64,000 bases of DNA from Octopus vulgaris (lineage: Eukaryota): positions 61,008,001 to 61,072,000 of the forward strand of contig OX597828.1 in the NCBI GenBank assembly GCA_951406725.2, read 5' to 3'. Positions 50,842-64,000 of this stretch are shown here, piece after piece. Below the pieces are notes generated by a model. The model was not told the DNA's origin and did no database searches. It saw nothing but the letters and a program-made list of their open reading frames with translations. Each line of letters opens with the position of its first letter. The first letter of the stretch is position 1. The translations under genes were made by a program, and so were the position numbers.

Positions 50842-53350
50842 TACTGTTTACATTGCACTCTCGCTCTCCCTCTCCCTTACACACTTCTGACAAACACTTT
50901 CGAAATTTTCACATTCACAGAATCGTAGGGACTCTTCCTAGACATTAACTCATAGATTCTATTGTTTAACCTCATTTCATCTCTAATTTTTTCTATTGTC
51001 GGCATAAAACCTGAAATTTTAGTCTTGTCGATTACCTTCACCGCAGTGTTCAACTGGCCTGTCCCATAAGTCCTTTCATTCCAGAAAGGATGAAAAGCCT
51101 TAGCGGGCAGAGATATAATCAGAGACATGCCAGACATGATCATCCAGTGGTTATGTATATATATAAGATATGACATAATATGCCGTATCCTTTTTAAAGA
51201 AGTTAAGGTGAATTTTAGGGTGAATTGGTTGCTATCTCTAGTACGTCGAGAGAACACTTAGATACTCTCTAAATGGCCCACTGGAATGTCCCAGTTGCTG
51301 TTGTTGTGCCTATTTAACCCCGAGTCATTCCCGATAGAATAAGTACTAGGCTTACAAAGAAGTCCTCTTGTTCATTTCCTCGACTAAAGAAACAGGCGGT
51401 GCTCCAGCATGACCACAATCAAAAATGACTGAAACAAGTAAAAGAATAAAAGAATAGATTTAAGGGAGAAACAATTTTACTTTGTAAATACTATGGCTAC
51501 TGCAGATATAATTTCGTTCATTCTGGCGATATCGATATTTGTATATCACCCATGGTGTTCCGATTACAAAAACTATGACAAATACATTCATTGAATGCCA
51601 TAATATTTTATTTTTTAGTTCAACAGCTAAGCCGGTGTCATTTCTTAGATTTTCGAAACATTGTAGTTAATTGGTATAGCTATTTCGATAAAAGTACACG
51701 GTTATCATTTGTGTCATTTTTTAAATATTAATGTATTCATAGAATTTTCTAGATTAGTAACAGCGTTGTTCGACATAACTTTCAACCATTTCTATAATTT
51801 TCTACAATGCTACGATTAATTCCCTTTCACTAACATTCCCTTAATTTTCTACCGTTTCCCTCCTTTTCCAATATACTCTTATATTATCGTATTCTCCGAT
51901 GTCAGTTATTGTGACCTAATTTGCTTTGAATGACACTTTCTCACCTAATGTCGTAATTTACTGTGGTTGTTGCGACAGTGGGTGGTTCAGTTGCTACTGT
52001 TATTACTTTCGTCAATGTTAACGTCACTACTACAACCGACGTCGACGCTGCCACCACTACAAAATTACTAAACTCCACCTGACGCTCAAAATGCTGGATA
52101 ATAATGAATTGCACATTAAACAGGCCGCCATATCTATTTGGTGTGCAATTACATCATATCTAAAATCTGTAATTTTCCGAGTAGTGTAGCTCAAGTATAC
52201 GCTTCCTCAATCACACTCAACAGTTTCACTATATACAAACACTTTTTTCCAAGCTCCACAAAATATAAACACAGCTCTTGCACAGATGGCATCCCAGTCT
52301 CGTCTTCCTTTTCAACGTTTCAACTTTTGTAACCCCACGTCAATCACTTAAAACTATGGCTCCAAACAAATGACTAGAAAATATAATACCTACTTGAAAG
52401 TTATAACTAGAGTTATGAATTTGTGGATCATGTTAGTTGCACGGCAGACTCAAAGGTCTGTTTGATCAGGTTGGCCCGAGGAGTCTACATAGCAATACGC
52501 ATCTCTTTTCCTAGCATTATATACAACTAATAATGGCACAGAAGAACATAAACATTCCACACATACCGAAGAACAAAATGCTAAGAAATATCAATATCAC
52601 CTCAATAATATTTACATCAAGCGTGAGGCGAACGGCGCTCAGCGCTCTGAGTTCAAATCACGCAGGGATCTATTTTACCGTTCATCCTTCGTGAATCAAT
52701 GAAAATGTATCAATTCTTTTCTCTTTCCACCTCCCTCTCTCTCTACGAGTATCTCTCCCTCCACACACACTCTCTCTACTTTGGCTTATAGCTTTGCTCA
52801 AAAACTGTTCTGATAAAAAGCAACAGTAATAATTATTTCACATTTTTGCCACGAGGGGCACCTTGGGAGAGGTGAGCGAAGAGACGATTACATCGACCCC
52901 AGTGTTCAACTGGTACTTATTTTATCGACCCCGAAAGGATGAAAGATAAAGTTAACCTCGGCGGAATTTGAACTCAGAACGTAGCGGCGGGAATGTTTTT
53001 TATGTTTTTTTTTCGTTGTTCGAAAAAAGTTCGTTTTGTATGTTTTTGTTTTTTATGTTCCCGATTCTCATTCTGTCTACGTTTTTTTTTTTTGATGTCC
53101 TGTACCCATATATGCATGTATATATACATATATATGTAGGTATGTACATATATGTATGTATATATGCATATATTTATATTATATGATCGAACGACACGTA
53201 TCCTTTTCCAAGTAAGTATATATATATATATATCACCGTGATCACCGTGACCGACCAGGCTATCAGATGTTGCTACACATCGCTGGTCACAATGCGCTTC
53301 GCATTGTTTTAGCCTTCAAATGACGCCACCCCGCTGGCTAAACAAGCAGG

Positions 53351-53414
<64 letters not shown>

Positions 53415-53496
53415 ACAGGCTTTTTTTCAGTTTCCGTCTATCAAAACCACTCACAAAGATGAACCCGGAATCATGTAGTTGGTAAGCAAGTTACTT

Positions 53497-55499
53497 TATT
53501 TCCTTTCATTATATTTGCCATAAAGGCAGTACATAGAGTATAGTAGCTTTGCGGGCTGGACAAGGACATTAATGAAATGAATGATAACGAAACAAGGATG
53601 ATGAGAATGGGAGAAGACAAAAAGCGCCCGCCGACTTTTGCTTCTCAAAACATTGTTCTTTAAAAACAAACACAAATCGAGTTATTAAACTTCTTACAGT
53701 TTTTACAATTTTTTCAATTTTTGGACTTCATAGTCCATTTCAAATAATAACATAGCTCACAAAACTCAATTATTCTCCTCCCCGACCAGGCTGTACGCTA
53801 CCCTTAGGCACTGCTCCCGAAGGCACCCATCACCCTGAACGTACCGACATCCGATATGACCTTCGTAGTCACCTACGAAGGCCAATACTCGTCCTCTGTT
53901 CAGGGCATGGGCTCCTCTCTCCGGTCATCCAGCTTCTTTACGAAGCTCTGTACTGCCCCTCCATTCTGGAAGAAGATGACAAAATCATCTTTCCTCCTTC
54001 TGTTTCCTTTGTCGGTGACACACATCCTACCGACAAAGTTTCCGGGCGTGCCGACAGTTCACCATCAACCGCCGGCAATGTCCCGTTCTCCTTCTTTTTA
54101 CGCTTCTTCTTTTCCTTCATGACGGGAAGATGGAGTTCCTCCGTCTTGTCTGGAAGTCCTTCCATTCATCCCGCCGCCTCAGGATCCATTGGTGGGCAAC
54201 CATTGTTGGCCACCTCCTTTCTTTTTCGATGGGGTTGCCTCCCCCTAGACTTCCTCCCTCTCAACCTCCCCCTACAATGGGGGAGCAGGGGGCTCTTCTA
54301 TTAACTGTTCCAGAACCTTTATGTGGCCCAATTCCAGACACAGGTGACACTTGGGGATGGGGGCGTCCCTCAAGGATCACCAGGTACCTGGAACCGACCA
54401 TTGTTAGAAAATCTGGCAAAACCAGATCATCGGCTGATTGGGTCCATAGGGTCAAAATTGCTTTTGACCCCACCCAGTCGGCCACAGGGAGAATTCTGAC
54501 ATTCAAGAGTTTGGCAGTGCTACCACCCAGATCCCAACGGATAGTGTCTTCTATCCATTCGGGCTATATACCGGGTGGTAGCCCACACACCCAAGCTCTT
54601 GTCAGTCTCCTCCCTTCATAAGTGGGAAGAAACAAAATTTTCTCCTCTTGTAATGGTTTGCTCGCGAAATCCCGAGCCTCCGCAGGGGTGTCAAACAACA
54701 CACACACACTGTCGCGTATTTAACACCCCTTTGGATAAACTTGATCGTTGGCAGGTACTCCGCCAACTCTTTTTCAGTGTCTGTGAGAGCACAGTGATGG
54801 TGTCAAGAACCTTAGAATAGGTTAACACCATCGTTCTTTCAGAAAAATTTTGCAACCACTGTTTGTGGGCCACTATTTGCCACTCCAAAACAGTATTTTT
54901 TTGCCATATTGACAAAAATAAATAAAATGTAAAATGTTCAACACAAAAGTTCAAAAATTCAAATTAAAGTCAATGATAAGCACAAAAAAAGAATGGAAAT
55001 ACAGAGGAGAGAAACAGAACGAAGGAAGACAGTTCAAATGGCGACACAATTCTGCTACTCAGGTAATCCACAGTGTTCTGTCGCAGCACAAAATTTCGAT
55101 TTTGGTTTCTCACAATTAAGTGAGACACAAAAAACAGTAATTTTCCTGGCTGTCCCGGTACTCCTGGCCCAAAATGGTAATCCACGGGCACAAAAACAGT
55201 CAGAAATACCAGTCAAAAAATAGCAGTTAGAATAACACAATTTTCAGGAGGGATACGCCTCCCAAAACACACTTCTCACAACTAAGTGAGACTTTAAGCA
55301 CGACCACTGGCAGACAAATGCATGGAACCCAGTGGAGACCTCTTGTTCTAAAAAAAAAAATAATACGAGCAGCAGACCCCGACTAGGTCCCGCCAAAAAG
55401 CAGATGTCTTACCTAGTAGTCGTGCTTCACTATTTCACGACGCTGACACACACCGACGTGATTTCCACCGCGAAAACAACGCGTCCACTCTGTACTGAA
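53497..55499 (-). mobile_element. About 2-kb ORF1-only Tx1-like element inserted in a SINE head
   Basis: LPDFLTMVGSRYLVILEGRP parallels LPDRVFVGDGHTARVSVEGRRP of the intact ORF1. The element ends at AATAAA. A degenerate 15-bp TSD (53482-53496 / 55500-55514, 12/15) splits a family-3 SINE. Confidence 0.7.
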
Positions 55500-55991
55500 G
55501 TAAGAAAGCTGCTTACCACACAGCTACTCTTGCGCCTATTATGATATTTTTAAAAACTTTTCTATGGTAGATTCTCCATAGAAAAAGTTGTGGGTTTAGA
55601 GAAAATTAATTTATTTTACTATGAATAAATCGAAACTTGAAAATTTTTAATTGTAATGTTAATGTTAATTTTTTTAGCCGTGTTATTTATACACTTGATT
55701 TTACATTCGGATTTTTTAAACAGGTCTTCATGATTAACTCATATCTACTTTTTATCTCCCCATCACCCAAAAATAATAAAAAATGAAGTATCAAATATAA
55801 GAGACTTTTTTTAAAGTTAGGGTTGCAAGGCGTGGGTGTGTGGTAATAAGTTTGCTTCTTAATCTCATGGTTCCGGGTTCAGTTCCACCGTATGTCACCT
55901 TGGACAAATGTCTTCTACAATATCCTCGGACCGACTAAAACCTTGTGAGTGGATTTGGTTGACGGAAATTGAAAGAAGCTCGTCGTATATT

Positions 55992-56042
<51 letters not shown>

Positions 56043-56100
56043 CCACCGCTTAACAACAAGTGCTGGTGTGTTTACGTTCCCGAAACTTAGCGGTTCGAAA

Positions 56101-58415
56101 TAAGTTAAGTTAAGTTAAGTTAGTTCTTTGGCTCAAAAAGCAAGGCCATGTAGGGGGACATGAAGTTATGTACAGGGTGGTGTTCATGCAAAGAGTTCAG
56201 GCCATTTGTGGTCAAGGGAGACTTTGAACCGAGCGGTCGTCGGCATCTTCACTATCTCGTCCGGCAGCTTATTCCACGGATCCACAACCCGGACGGAGAA
56301 AGCCCCTCTCCTTCGATTGAGATGAAATCGTCGCAGATAGAGCTTTTCGAAGTGACCCCGCAGCCGACGTTCTGAAGCAGGAGTGAAGAACAGCTCTTTC
56401 GAGAGGTTACACTTTCTGCTTATGATGTTGTGAGCAAAAATGAGATCACCACGGCGTCGTCGTTTTTCTAGAGAATAAAGGTCGAGCGTCTTCAGCCTTT
56501 CTTCATAAGACAAATGCTTGAGACCAAGAACCATGCGGGTAGCCAGCTTCTGGACTCTTTCGAAACGATGTATGTCTTTGAGGAGATAAGGGGAAGAGGC
56601 TTGAATCCCGTACTCCAATATGGGGCTCACCAGCGTGACATAGAGCGGTAGGAATATGGCTGCTGTGAGCATTCTGAATCAAAAACAGAACTCCGCGTGC
56701 TTTGTTGGCAGCATGGACGCACTGGGCCGAAGGCGAAAAGGAAGAATCCACTAAGCTACCCAGGTCCTTTACCTGGTCGGTCCTCTCCAGCAGCAGACGA
56801 CCCGGCTCGAAATCAAGTTGAGTTGCAGGACAAGAGCCAACAGGCAGATGACAGCACTTTGACACGTTCAGACACAGGTCCCATTCGTTAGACCATCTCC
56901 AAACTTGGTGGAGGCATCGACGAAGATCCTCTGTATCACTGCGAGGAGCGACCAGTTTGACATCATCGGCAAATAGAAGGGTGTGTTGCATGAGTTCGTT
57001 GGGCAAGTCATTTATGAAGACTATGAACAATAAGGGCCCAAGCACTGAACCTTGAGGCACGCCACTGCTCGCACTGGAGACGTTGGACCGCGAGCCATTA
57101 ACTTGGACTTGGAAGGAGCGATCTGAGAGGAAGGCACCAACCCATCGTACAATATCCGGATGGAAACTATATGCTTGAAGCTTGACAAGTAATAGGCGGT
57201 GGTTTACCGAGTCAAAATATTTGGCAAAGTCCAATAAAACGATGTCAACAGCATCACCATCATCGAGGATACGCGTCACCAATTCTTCCATTACCAGTAA
57301 GTTGGTCAAGCATGATCTCTTCTTAAGGATGGTTTCGAACATCTTGCTGATTATTGAAGTATGGGAAACCGGTCGGTAGTTAAGCGGGTCTTCGCGGCTC
57401 CCTTTCTTGAAAATTGGGCAGATTATCGCTGTTCTCCAGTCCGCAGGTATAACACCCATCGCCAATGACATATTGAATAGAAGTGTTAAAGGCTCGCAGA
57501 TGAACGGAGCCAATGCTTTGATAACCTGTGGGTGTATGCCGTCAGGGCCGTGACCCTTGTTGACATCGAGGCCTTGAATAACGCGTTCGACTTCGTCCCG
57601 CGTGATGACCAATCTAAGCATTGGAGGTACCGATTTATCAAATGGAGGGGGTTCACGACCATCACCTTGTTTGAAAATAGTTGAAAAAGCCTCGGCAAAT
57701 AACTGACTCTGTTGATAAGGGTCCTCAATCGATACGCCTGTTGAGTCTGCCAACGTTGCGATTTGGTTGTTCAAGCGGGAATTCCGTTGGACATCGGCAA
57801 AGAAGGTTTTTGGATTGCGACTGGCGTTTGCCGTATTCATATCTGAAGCGTTCTTCCTTTTCAATTTTCACGGCTCGGTCTCGTTGAGTTTTGTACACCT
57901 CAAAAGCTGCAGTCGAATCTAGATTTTTGAATTCAGCCCAAGCAATATCTCTGAGTCGAAGTTCTCGTTTAACCTTCTTCGTCACCCAGGGCTTGTGTTT
58001 CTTCTTGGGAAGCCCAACGGGAACTGCTTGGTCAGTCAACCAGATTACATATGCTTTGAGGGACGACCATAGTTCGTCAATTGAGGACATCGTCATCAGG
58101 GATCGCCAGTCCAGAAGCCTCGATTAGAATTTCAAGATTGATTGCAGAGAAGACTCTACGTGGCAGCGAAGTAGTCGTGGGCGTAGAAAAAGTTGTGTGC
58201 ATGACGAACTTCAGGACCGCATGATCACTCTTGGCAAGAGGGGCGCACACAGATACGTCTGACACTGATCTTGGATAGCGGGAGAATACCAGATGCAGCA
58301 TAGATGGCTGCTGCCCAGACCGATGCCTTATCGGATATTCAACGTGTTGCGATAGAAAACAATCTTCAGCCACGTCAAGAAGGACCTGGCCGAACCGGGA
58401 AGATGATGTACAAAT
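56101..58415 (-). mobile_element. CR1-clade LINE, 5'-truncated and frameshifted, inserted in a SINE
   Basis: KSDH (EN end), GPDGIHP, NYRPVS, SGVPQGSVLGPLLF, FADD and RRRRGDLI...WNKLP, with an (AACTT)n 3' tail. SINE halves lie at 55829-56097 and 58430-58520. Confidence 0.93.
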
Positions 58416-58765
58416 CATCCGATATATATAAATAAATACTGGGATCGATTCGTCCGACTGAAATTTTTCCAAGGTGGTGTCCCAGTCTAATGACTGGGAC
58501 AAATAAAAGATAAAAGATAAAAAATAATGTGGAAGAGTAAAATATGCAGATAAAAACTCTGTTACATATGTCTGGCAATACTTTGGTAAAATTCAATGAT
58601 TCAGCATTATTAGCAAATATCACATCCGCAGCTGGACGTCTTCAACTGAATCAGTTTCTGAGTGTTACAATATTATGACCTCTGACCCGATCAAACTTAA
58701 CATAACTCCTAGCCTATATTTTAACCTTATTCAGAAATAGCCCTGTATATTTTATTGAGTCAGCA

Positions 58766-58933
58766 CACAAGTGTAGCTAGAGTATGTGCCACCCGGGGTG
58801 GCCCTTCCGTTTGCCGCTCCCAGACCCCACAAAAAACGCATATTGCCTTCAGCAGACCCAAAAGTGGTGTCCCTTTAAAAGTGTCACCCTGGGTGGACCG
58901 CCCCCTGCCGCCCCTCCCCCAGCTGCGCTTGTG
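58766..58933. mobile_element. Short GC-rich MITE-like element
   Basis: 13-bp imperfect TIR CACAAGTGTAGCT / AGCTGCGCTTGTG and an internal direct repeat GTG(C/T)CACCC(G/T)GGGTGG. Confidence 0.5.
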
Positions 58934-61227
58934 GGTCAACCTCATAATTTAACAGAACCTGTTGTTTCTAAACCTGGGGTCAATCTTGTAAAACCAATGT
59001 TATTATTGGATTTAGCGCTCCCAAATTACCATATATTCATTCCCAAAACAGATCAGTTATGTTGGCCAGTGGCATTATTACTGAAAAACTGAATTGTTTC
59101 TCAAACAGCCATTCAAAATTGATCCTAGCCGATGATTTGCTGGCATTTAAATTCATCGATATCTTTATTCCTATGGTTTTCATTGTTGTGTTTTATTAAA
59201 TGAAAGTTTCAATTAATCCAAATGTACAGTTAAATTTCTATACGTAACTGCAAAGAAAAAACTCATCTAATTAGAAAAAAAACGAAAAGTAAACGGATAG
59301 TTAAAAATTGGTCGCAGGCCACTGTATTTATAGGGTGCTGGAGGTTTTCAGGTCACATTTGGCAATTTAATGAACTAACTGTAATCTAACAAAGACAAAA
59401 CAAAGACCTTCACGGTTAGGGCCGGATACTCACCACCACCGATCACTTCAGGCTTTAGATAACCTCACTCTCGGCTAGATTAAGAATATATTCCACTCCA
59501 CCAATGACATGGAGAACCTAAGTCAGCTTCAGGTTGGAAAAATAAAGTTTCACAGGGTTCACAGTGGCCTCTCTATAAAACTTGGTACTGTTATGAGTCT
59601 CAACTACACAATGTTGATTTCGACTCGGTTGTTGGTTAAGGCGCACTCAGCAGGAGCTCTGAAGTTACCATACGGGGGGAGGGTCGTAGCAACGGCCACA
59701 AGTTTGCGGCTTTATCACAAAATACGGTATCGTCTATAGCCACTCTGCAACACTTTCTTGGGATATAACTTATGGTTGGCATCAGCAATAAACCTAATCC
59801 GATCGCTATACTCCACTTTAGCGACAGCTTCGTTATTTTGAGTGTGTGTGTAAAATATATTCATTGAATCGAACTCGGGGGAAGAAATTGCAAAATCTTC
59901 TATGACGACGAATAACTTATTATTAATTTACTTACAAACTTCTGCGTTCGATTTTTAGAATCGATTTTGCCATTGATCCCGTCGGAGATCTATACAGGAT
60001 ACAAGTGCTTTCTCAAAGTAACATTGCTTTATTCATGATCCTAAAATATTTTCATTCTTTATACAAACGTATCTTTGTTTACTGCAGCCAGAAATAGTCA
60101 TTTAATAAGATATGTCAAAGCCAGTTCACTTTACTCATAAATCTTGAAAAGGTATGGCAGACACAACTTTACACCGTTCTCCTCCATGTAACTGTAGCCA
60201 TGCGCTTCTAAGTACACAACAATTATTTCATAGACTGAATCTTTTATTATTAAAGAGTCATAGTGCGAGATGCATTGTTCATGACGTATTAAGACCCCTA
60301 TTGTCTTTGAAAAAAATCATGTAAAAAAGAAAAAGATCTTACTCAGGCTTTCTGCCAAATTAATCAAATATATGTTTATATATTTACTAGTTCCATTGAT
60401 TTAATTGTGTTCTTTAGTTATTTAGAGTTTTCAATTTTCTTTTGGTTGAGGCCAAAATGTAGAGTTCAACTACTTGACCTCATTAGTAGGCTCTAGTAAT
60501 TACTCGACAAGTTATGGTTAATTATTGCTGTTAATGTTGGTCTTGTGTTTGTAATTTTGTTTAGTTTTGTTATGTCTAATTATGTCCTAAATAAAAGCTG
60601 GCGCGCGAGTTAGCAGAAACGACAGTGCACTAGATTTAGTAAATGCTATTGTAGTACTTATTTAGTTCCGTCTTCCGTCTTTACTCACAGGTGCGCGTGT
60701 TTATATATATATATATATATATATAAAAACTAACATTTGTTTTTATAGGCGTCGAAATATGTATTGAACGATACAAACTAGATGATATTTTTTCGAACGC
60801 AGAGTTGCCATTAGAATGGCAAAAATACTGGGTAAATTACCCTTATAAAGCGGAAAAAATTGTTAACAAACGGCCATGGGACTCGAACCCATATCCGGTT
60901 ACGATTCATTTTGTCTTTCACCCTTCAAGGATCCATGAAATAAGTATTAGTAGCATATCGGGTTGATTCAATCGACTAAATCTCTTTCGTTTTAAGAATT
61001 AGCTTATTAACTTATAATGATAAGCCTATGCTTTCATCCCTTTGAAAATCATCAGTTTAGTACCAGTAACGTACAAATGTTAATTTTATTGACTGTATTA
61101 GTTCACTTCTGCTTAATCGAATGGAAATCATCATTGCTGTAAAATGCGAGCATGCGCTGAGTGGGCAAACGCTTAGCTTCTGGCCATGTTAAATACAAGG
61201 TATCAAGTATGTTAATTATCTTTTTCT

Positions 61228-61640
61228 TTTATGTTTTACTTGTTTCAGTCATGTGGCGACAGCCATGCTGGAGCACAATCTTGAAGAATTTTTAGTCGAA
61301 CGAATCGACCCCAGTACTTATTTTTTTTAAAGTCTAATACTTATTCTATCTTTGACTTATTACCAAACGGGAACGTAAACATCCCAACGCCGGTTGTCAA
61401 GCGGTGATGAGGGATAAATATAGACACAAAGATGCGCGCGCACGCGCGCGCACACACACACACACATGCACATACACAACGGGTTTCTTTCAGTTTCCGT
61501 CTACTAAATCCACTCACAGGGTTTTGGTCGGCCCAAGGCTATTGTAGAAAACATTTATCCAAGGTGCCACGCAGTGGGACTGAACGCAGAACCATGTGGT
61601 TGGGAAGCAAACTTCTTACCACACAGCCATGCCTGCGCCT
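61228..61640 (-). mobile_element. tRNA-derived SINE (family 3), full length
   Basis: Reverse-complement homologue of 29485-29900. Confidence 0.85.
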
Positions 61641-61789
61641 ATAAATGATGAATAAGTTTAATCGATTTCGAAACTCATTGGGTTCTCATTAAAGTTATCT
61701 ACATCACGTGATCAATCCCGAATTAAATTGTAGAATTTTAAAAAAGGTAAATACATGCATATATACACACAGTGCTACACACATGCGTG

Positions 61790-61835
<46 letters not shown>

Positions 61836-62489
61836 GATAGAAAATAGGAAGTAAAGAAAACAGGGAGCACACTATGAAAGAGAACTTGGCTATCAGGATA
61901 TCAAGTGAAGAATATAAATACACCGAGCAATGCGTACATACTGTAAACCCGAGTTTATTCATCATTGAACTAATTGCTGCATTATTCGTTGAATATAATA
62001 GCTTATATAAAACGTGTTGGGTTTTATCTTCGTTAGGTATCTCAAACAATGAATTAACTTTATTTATAGTCACATATTGGCGATCCGTTTGATTGTGATT
62101 GTTCTTTACACTATCTCTCTAACCTAATTATCTCAATAACTTAATAGTGTAAAATGATTTCTTTATTTCAATACGTATCCAAAAGTACGCCTTAAAAAGT
62201 AATGCTGTATTATTCTTGGGTTCTTTCAGCCAAATCATGTGTTAAAAGCATACAGGTCAGTTTCTATTCTAAAGTTAATTTGTTCCTTTCTTCAAATACG
62301 TCTTGGGGTTCTTGAAAGTGGCATAATAATACGCTTCTACATCTGATGAGTAATCGATTCGAATAAAATATGAAAAGCACAAAATTTATTCAACTCTTTG
62401 GTACCTATTGTATTCTACTACTACTGATTATATAACCTCACGTATATTAAAAAGAAGTAAAAAAACAGGGTCATTTTAATGTATCACAC

Positions 62490-62546
<57 letters not shown>

Positions 62547-63001
62547 TGTGTGTGTCGTCGGTAAAACTGGGTCAAAGTAAAATAATTTAGATTTGCTTTC
62601 GTACACTCACAGACGCACATAGACATATATGCACACATAACAGAGTATCGACATACACTATCATACACACATATACAGTAATACAAGTTTTCTTCGTCAT
62701 ACGGCCAAGGTGTTTTGCAAATGAAAACAAAGCACCCAAGTCTAACGATAGTATTGTAGATTTTATTTAAATAGTTACTAATAATTTACCAGCTGTTTCA
62801 TTTAGAGAAAACACAGCCGTATTCAAATCCAGCAGAAAGTATAAATATCTATCGAAATACGCACACGCATCCTTGCATACGGTGAATGTATTTATCATGT
62901 CTCCTATTTACTAATTGTCACCCATTTCAGTTTCCTCATTTAGAATTCTGCCTATGTATATAATATATATATGGTTAGCTGCCTCGCTGTACAATTTCTC
63001 C

Positions 63002-63039
<38 letters not shown>

Positions 63040-63210
63040 GTCGGTAAAACATAAATCTCAAAAAGAAGCAAACTAAGTTATAGAGCAGTATATTATATAG
63101 GCAAAATTAGATAAGGCCAGTTTATGGAATAATCCTGGGTTTCACATCCATAAAGCGCCGTCAGATCCCAAACAGATCCTGATCCGCTGTAAAGCGGCCT
63201 TATCTAACTT

Positions 63211-63318
<108 letters not shown>

Positions 63319-64000
63319 GTGTTCCATGTTGTGTATGTACTTTCTATTCTAACCTTGGGTTGATAAATGCTTTTGATTGCAAAGTAGAAGTGTGTGTGTA
63401 TATGTGTACATATATAGTTCTGTCTCTCTATATGCATATATGTATGTAAGTAGGTGTGTGTGCGTGTGTGTGCGCGTGTGCACGTGCTCATAGAAATGTG
63501 GAACGGTGTTGCGAACAGTATCTTTTTGCGCCAAGAAGCCGCATTGCCTCGCTGAAGTAGGTGTTGGGGGTTGAAATAATAATAATAATAATAATAATGA
63601 TAATAATAATAATGATTGATGTCTATATTCCCCCTTGGTTACGGTGAATGACTAATTAGAGTACAAACAAACAAATAACACAAAGGGCCATCATATTGAG
63701 CTTATGAACAAAAGAGTGAACGTAAAGGACTGGACTCATGCGCCTTTTGTTAACGATGTATTTTATCCTGTTTTTATATCATCACTGCAGCCCCCACTTC
63801 CACAGTGTCTGTAGTAAATAGGACGCATTAAATGACGATAGGTTAACGAGGTTGTAGGTAAATGTGAATGTAGAAGAAACAAGCTTGACATTTTTTTCGA
63901 TGGCAGGGTGGATAAAACAGACGGAATGGAAAGGGAAAGTAAGGCTTGCACTAAGGCTGTATCGAGACACAGCTGGCCATATTTGTCAAACTATCGATCG

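Noticed and set aside
50881-51010. Apparent minus-strand exon GFMPTIEK...KVFVRSV with AG/GT borders, faintly like a Cys-loop receptor N-terminus
   Set aside because: The acceptor comes from a SINE end (GGCA.AA..CCTGAAATTTT, also seen near 3212), and no partner exons were found.
62343-62372. CTGATGA-GTAATCGATTC-GAA hammerhead-like start
   Set aside because: No GAAA-stem III-UH and no convincing stem I.

Overview
Eukaryotic, AT-rich, microsatellite-dense DNA made almost entirely of transposable elements. The SINE families and repeat style resemble a coleoid cephalopod, probably Octopus; this is an inference from pattern recognition. The centrepiece is an intact 5,358-bp Tx1-clade (L1 superfamily) non-LTR retrotransposon at 10981-16338. 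It has a CCHC ORF1, an APE-RT-CCHC ORF2 and a perfect 17-bp target-site duplication. It sits inside a young, non-coding 362-bp tandem and inverted repeat (retrozyme or Penelope pseudo-LTR type) flanked by (AT)n. Each monomer carries one clear and one weaker minimal type-I hammerhead ribozyme (HHR) motif, both with the compensatory U3-A8 core UUGAAAA. The LINE lies between the two motifs and is co-oriented with them, and an empty copy of the target site survives in the inverted copy. At least five other unrelated hammerhead or hammerhead-relic motifs occur, several at fold-back junctions. The rest is decayed Tx1, Penelope, Dong/R4, CR1, mariner, maT (DD37D), Helitron, MITE and SINE sequence, plus an ORF1-only Tx1 derivative, several (AT)n-centred palindromes, a probable assembly duplication and one plausible host exon. 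Most short ORFs in the track are microsatellite translations.
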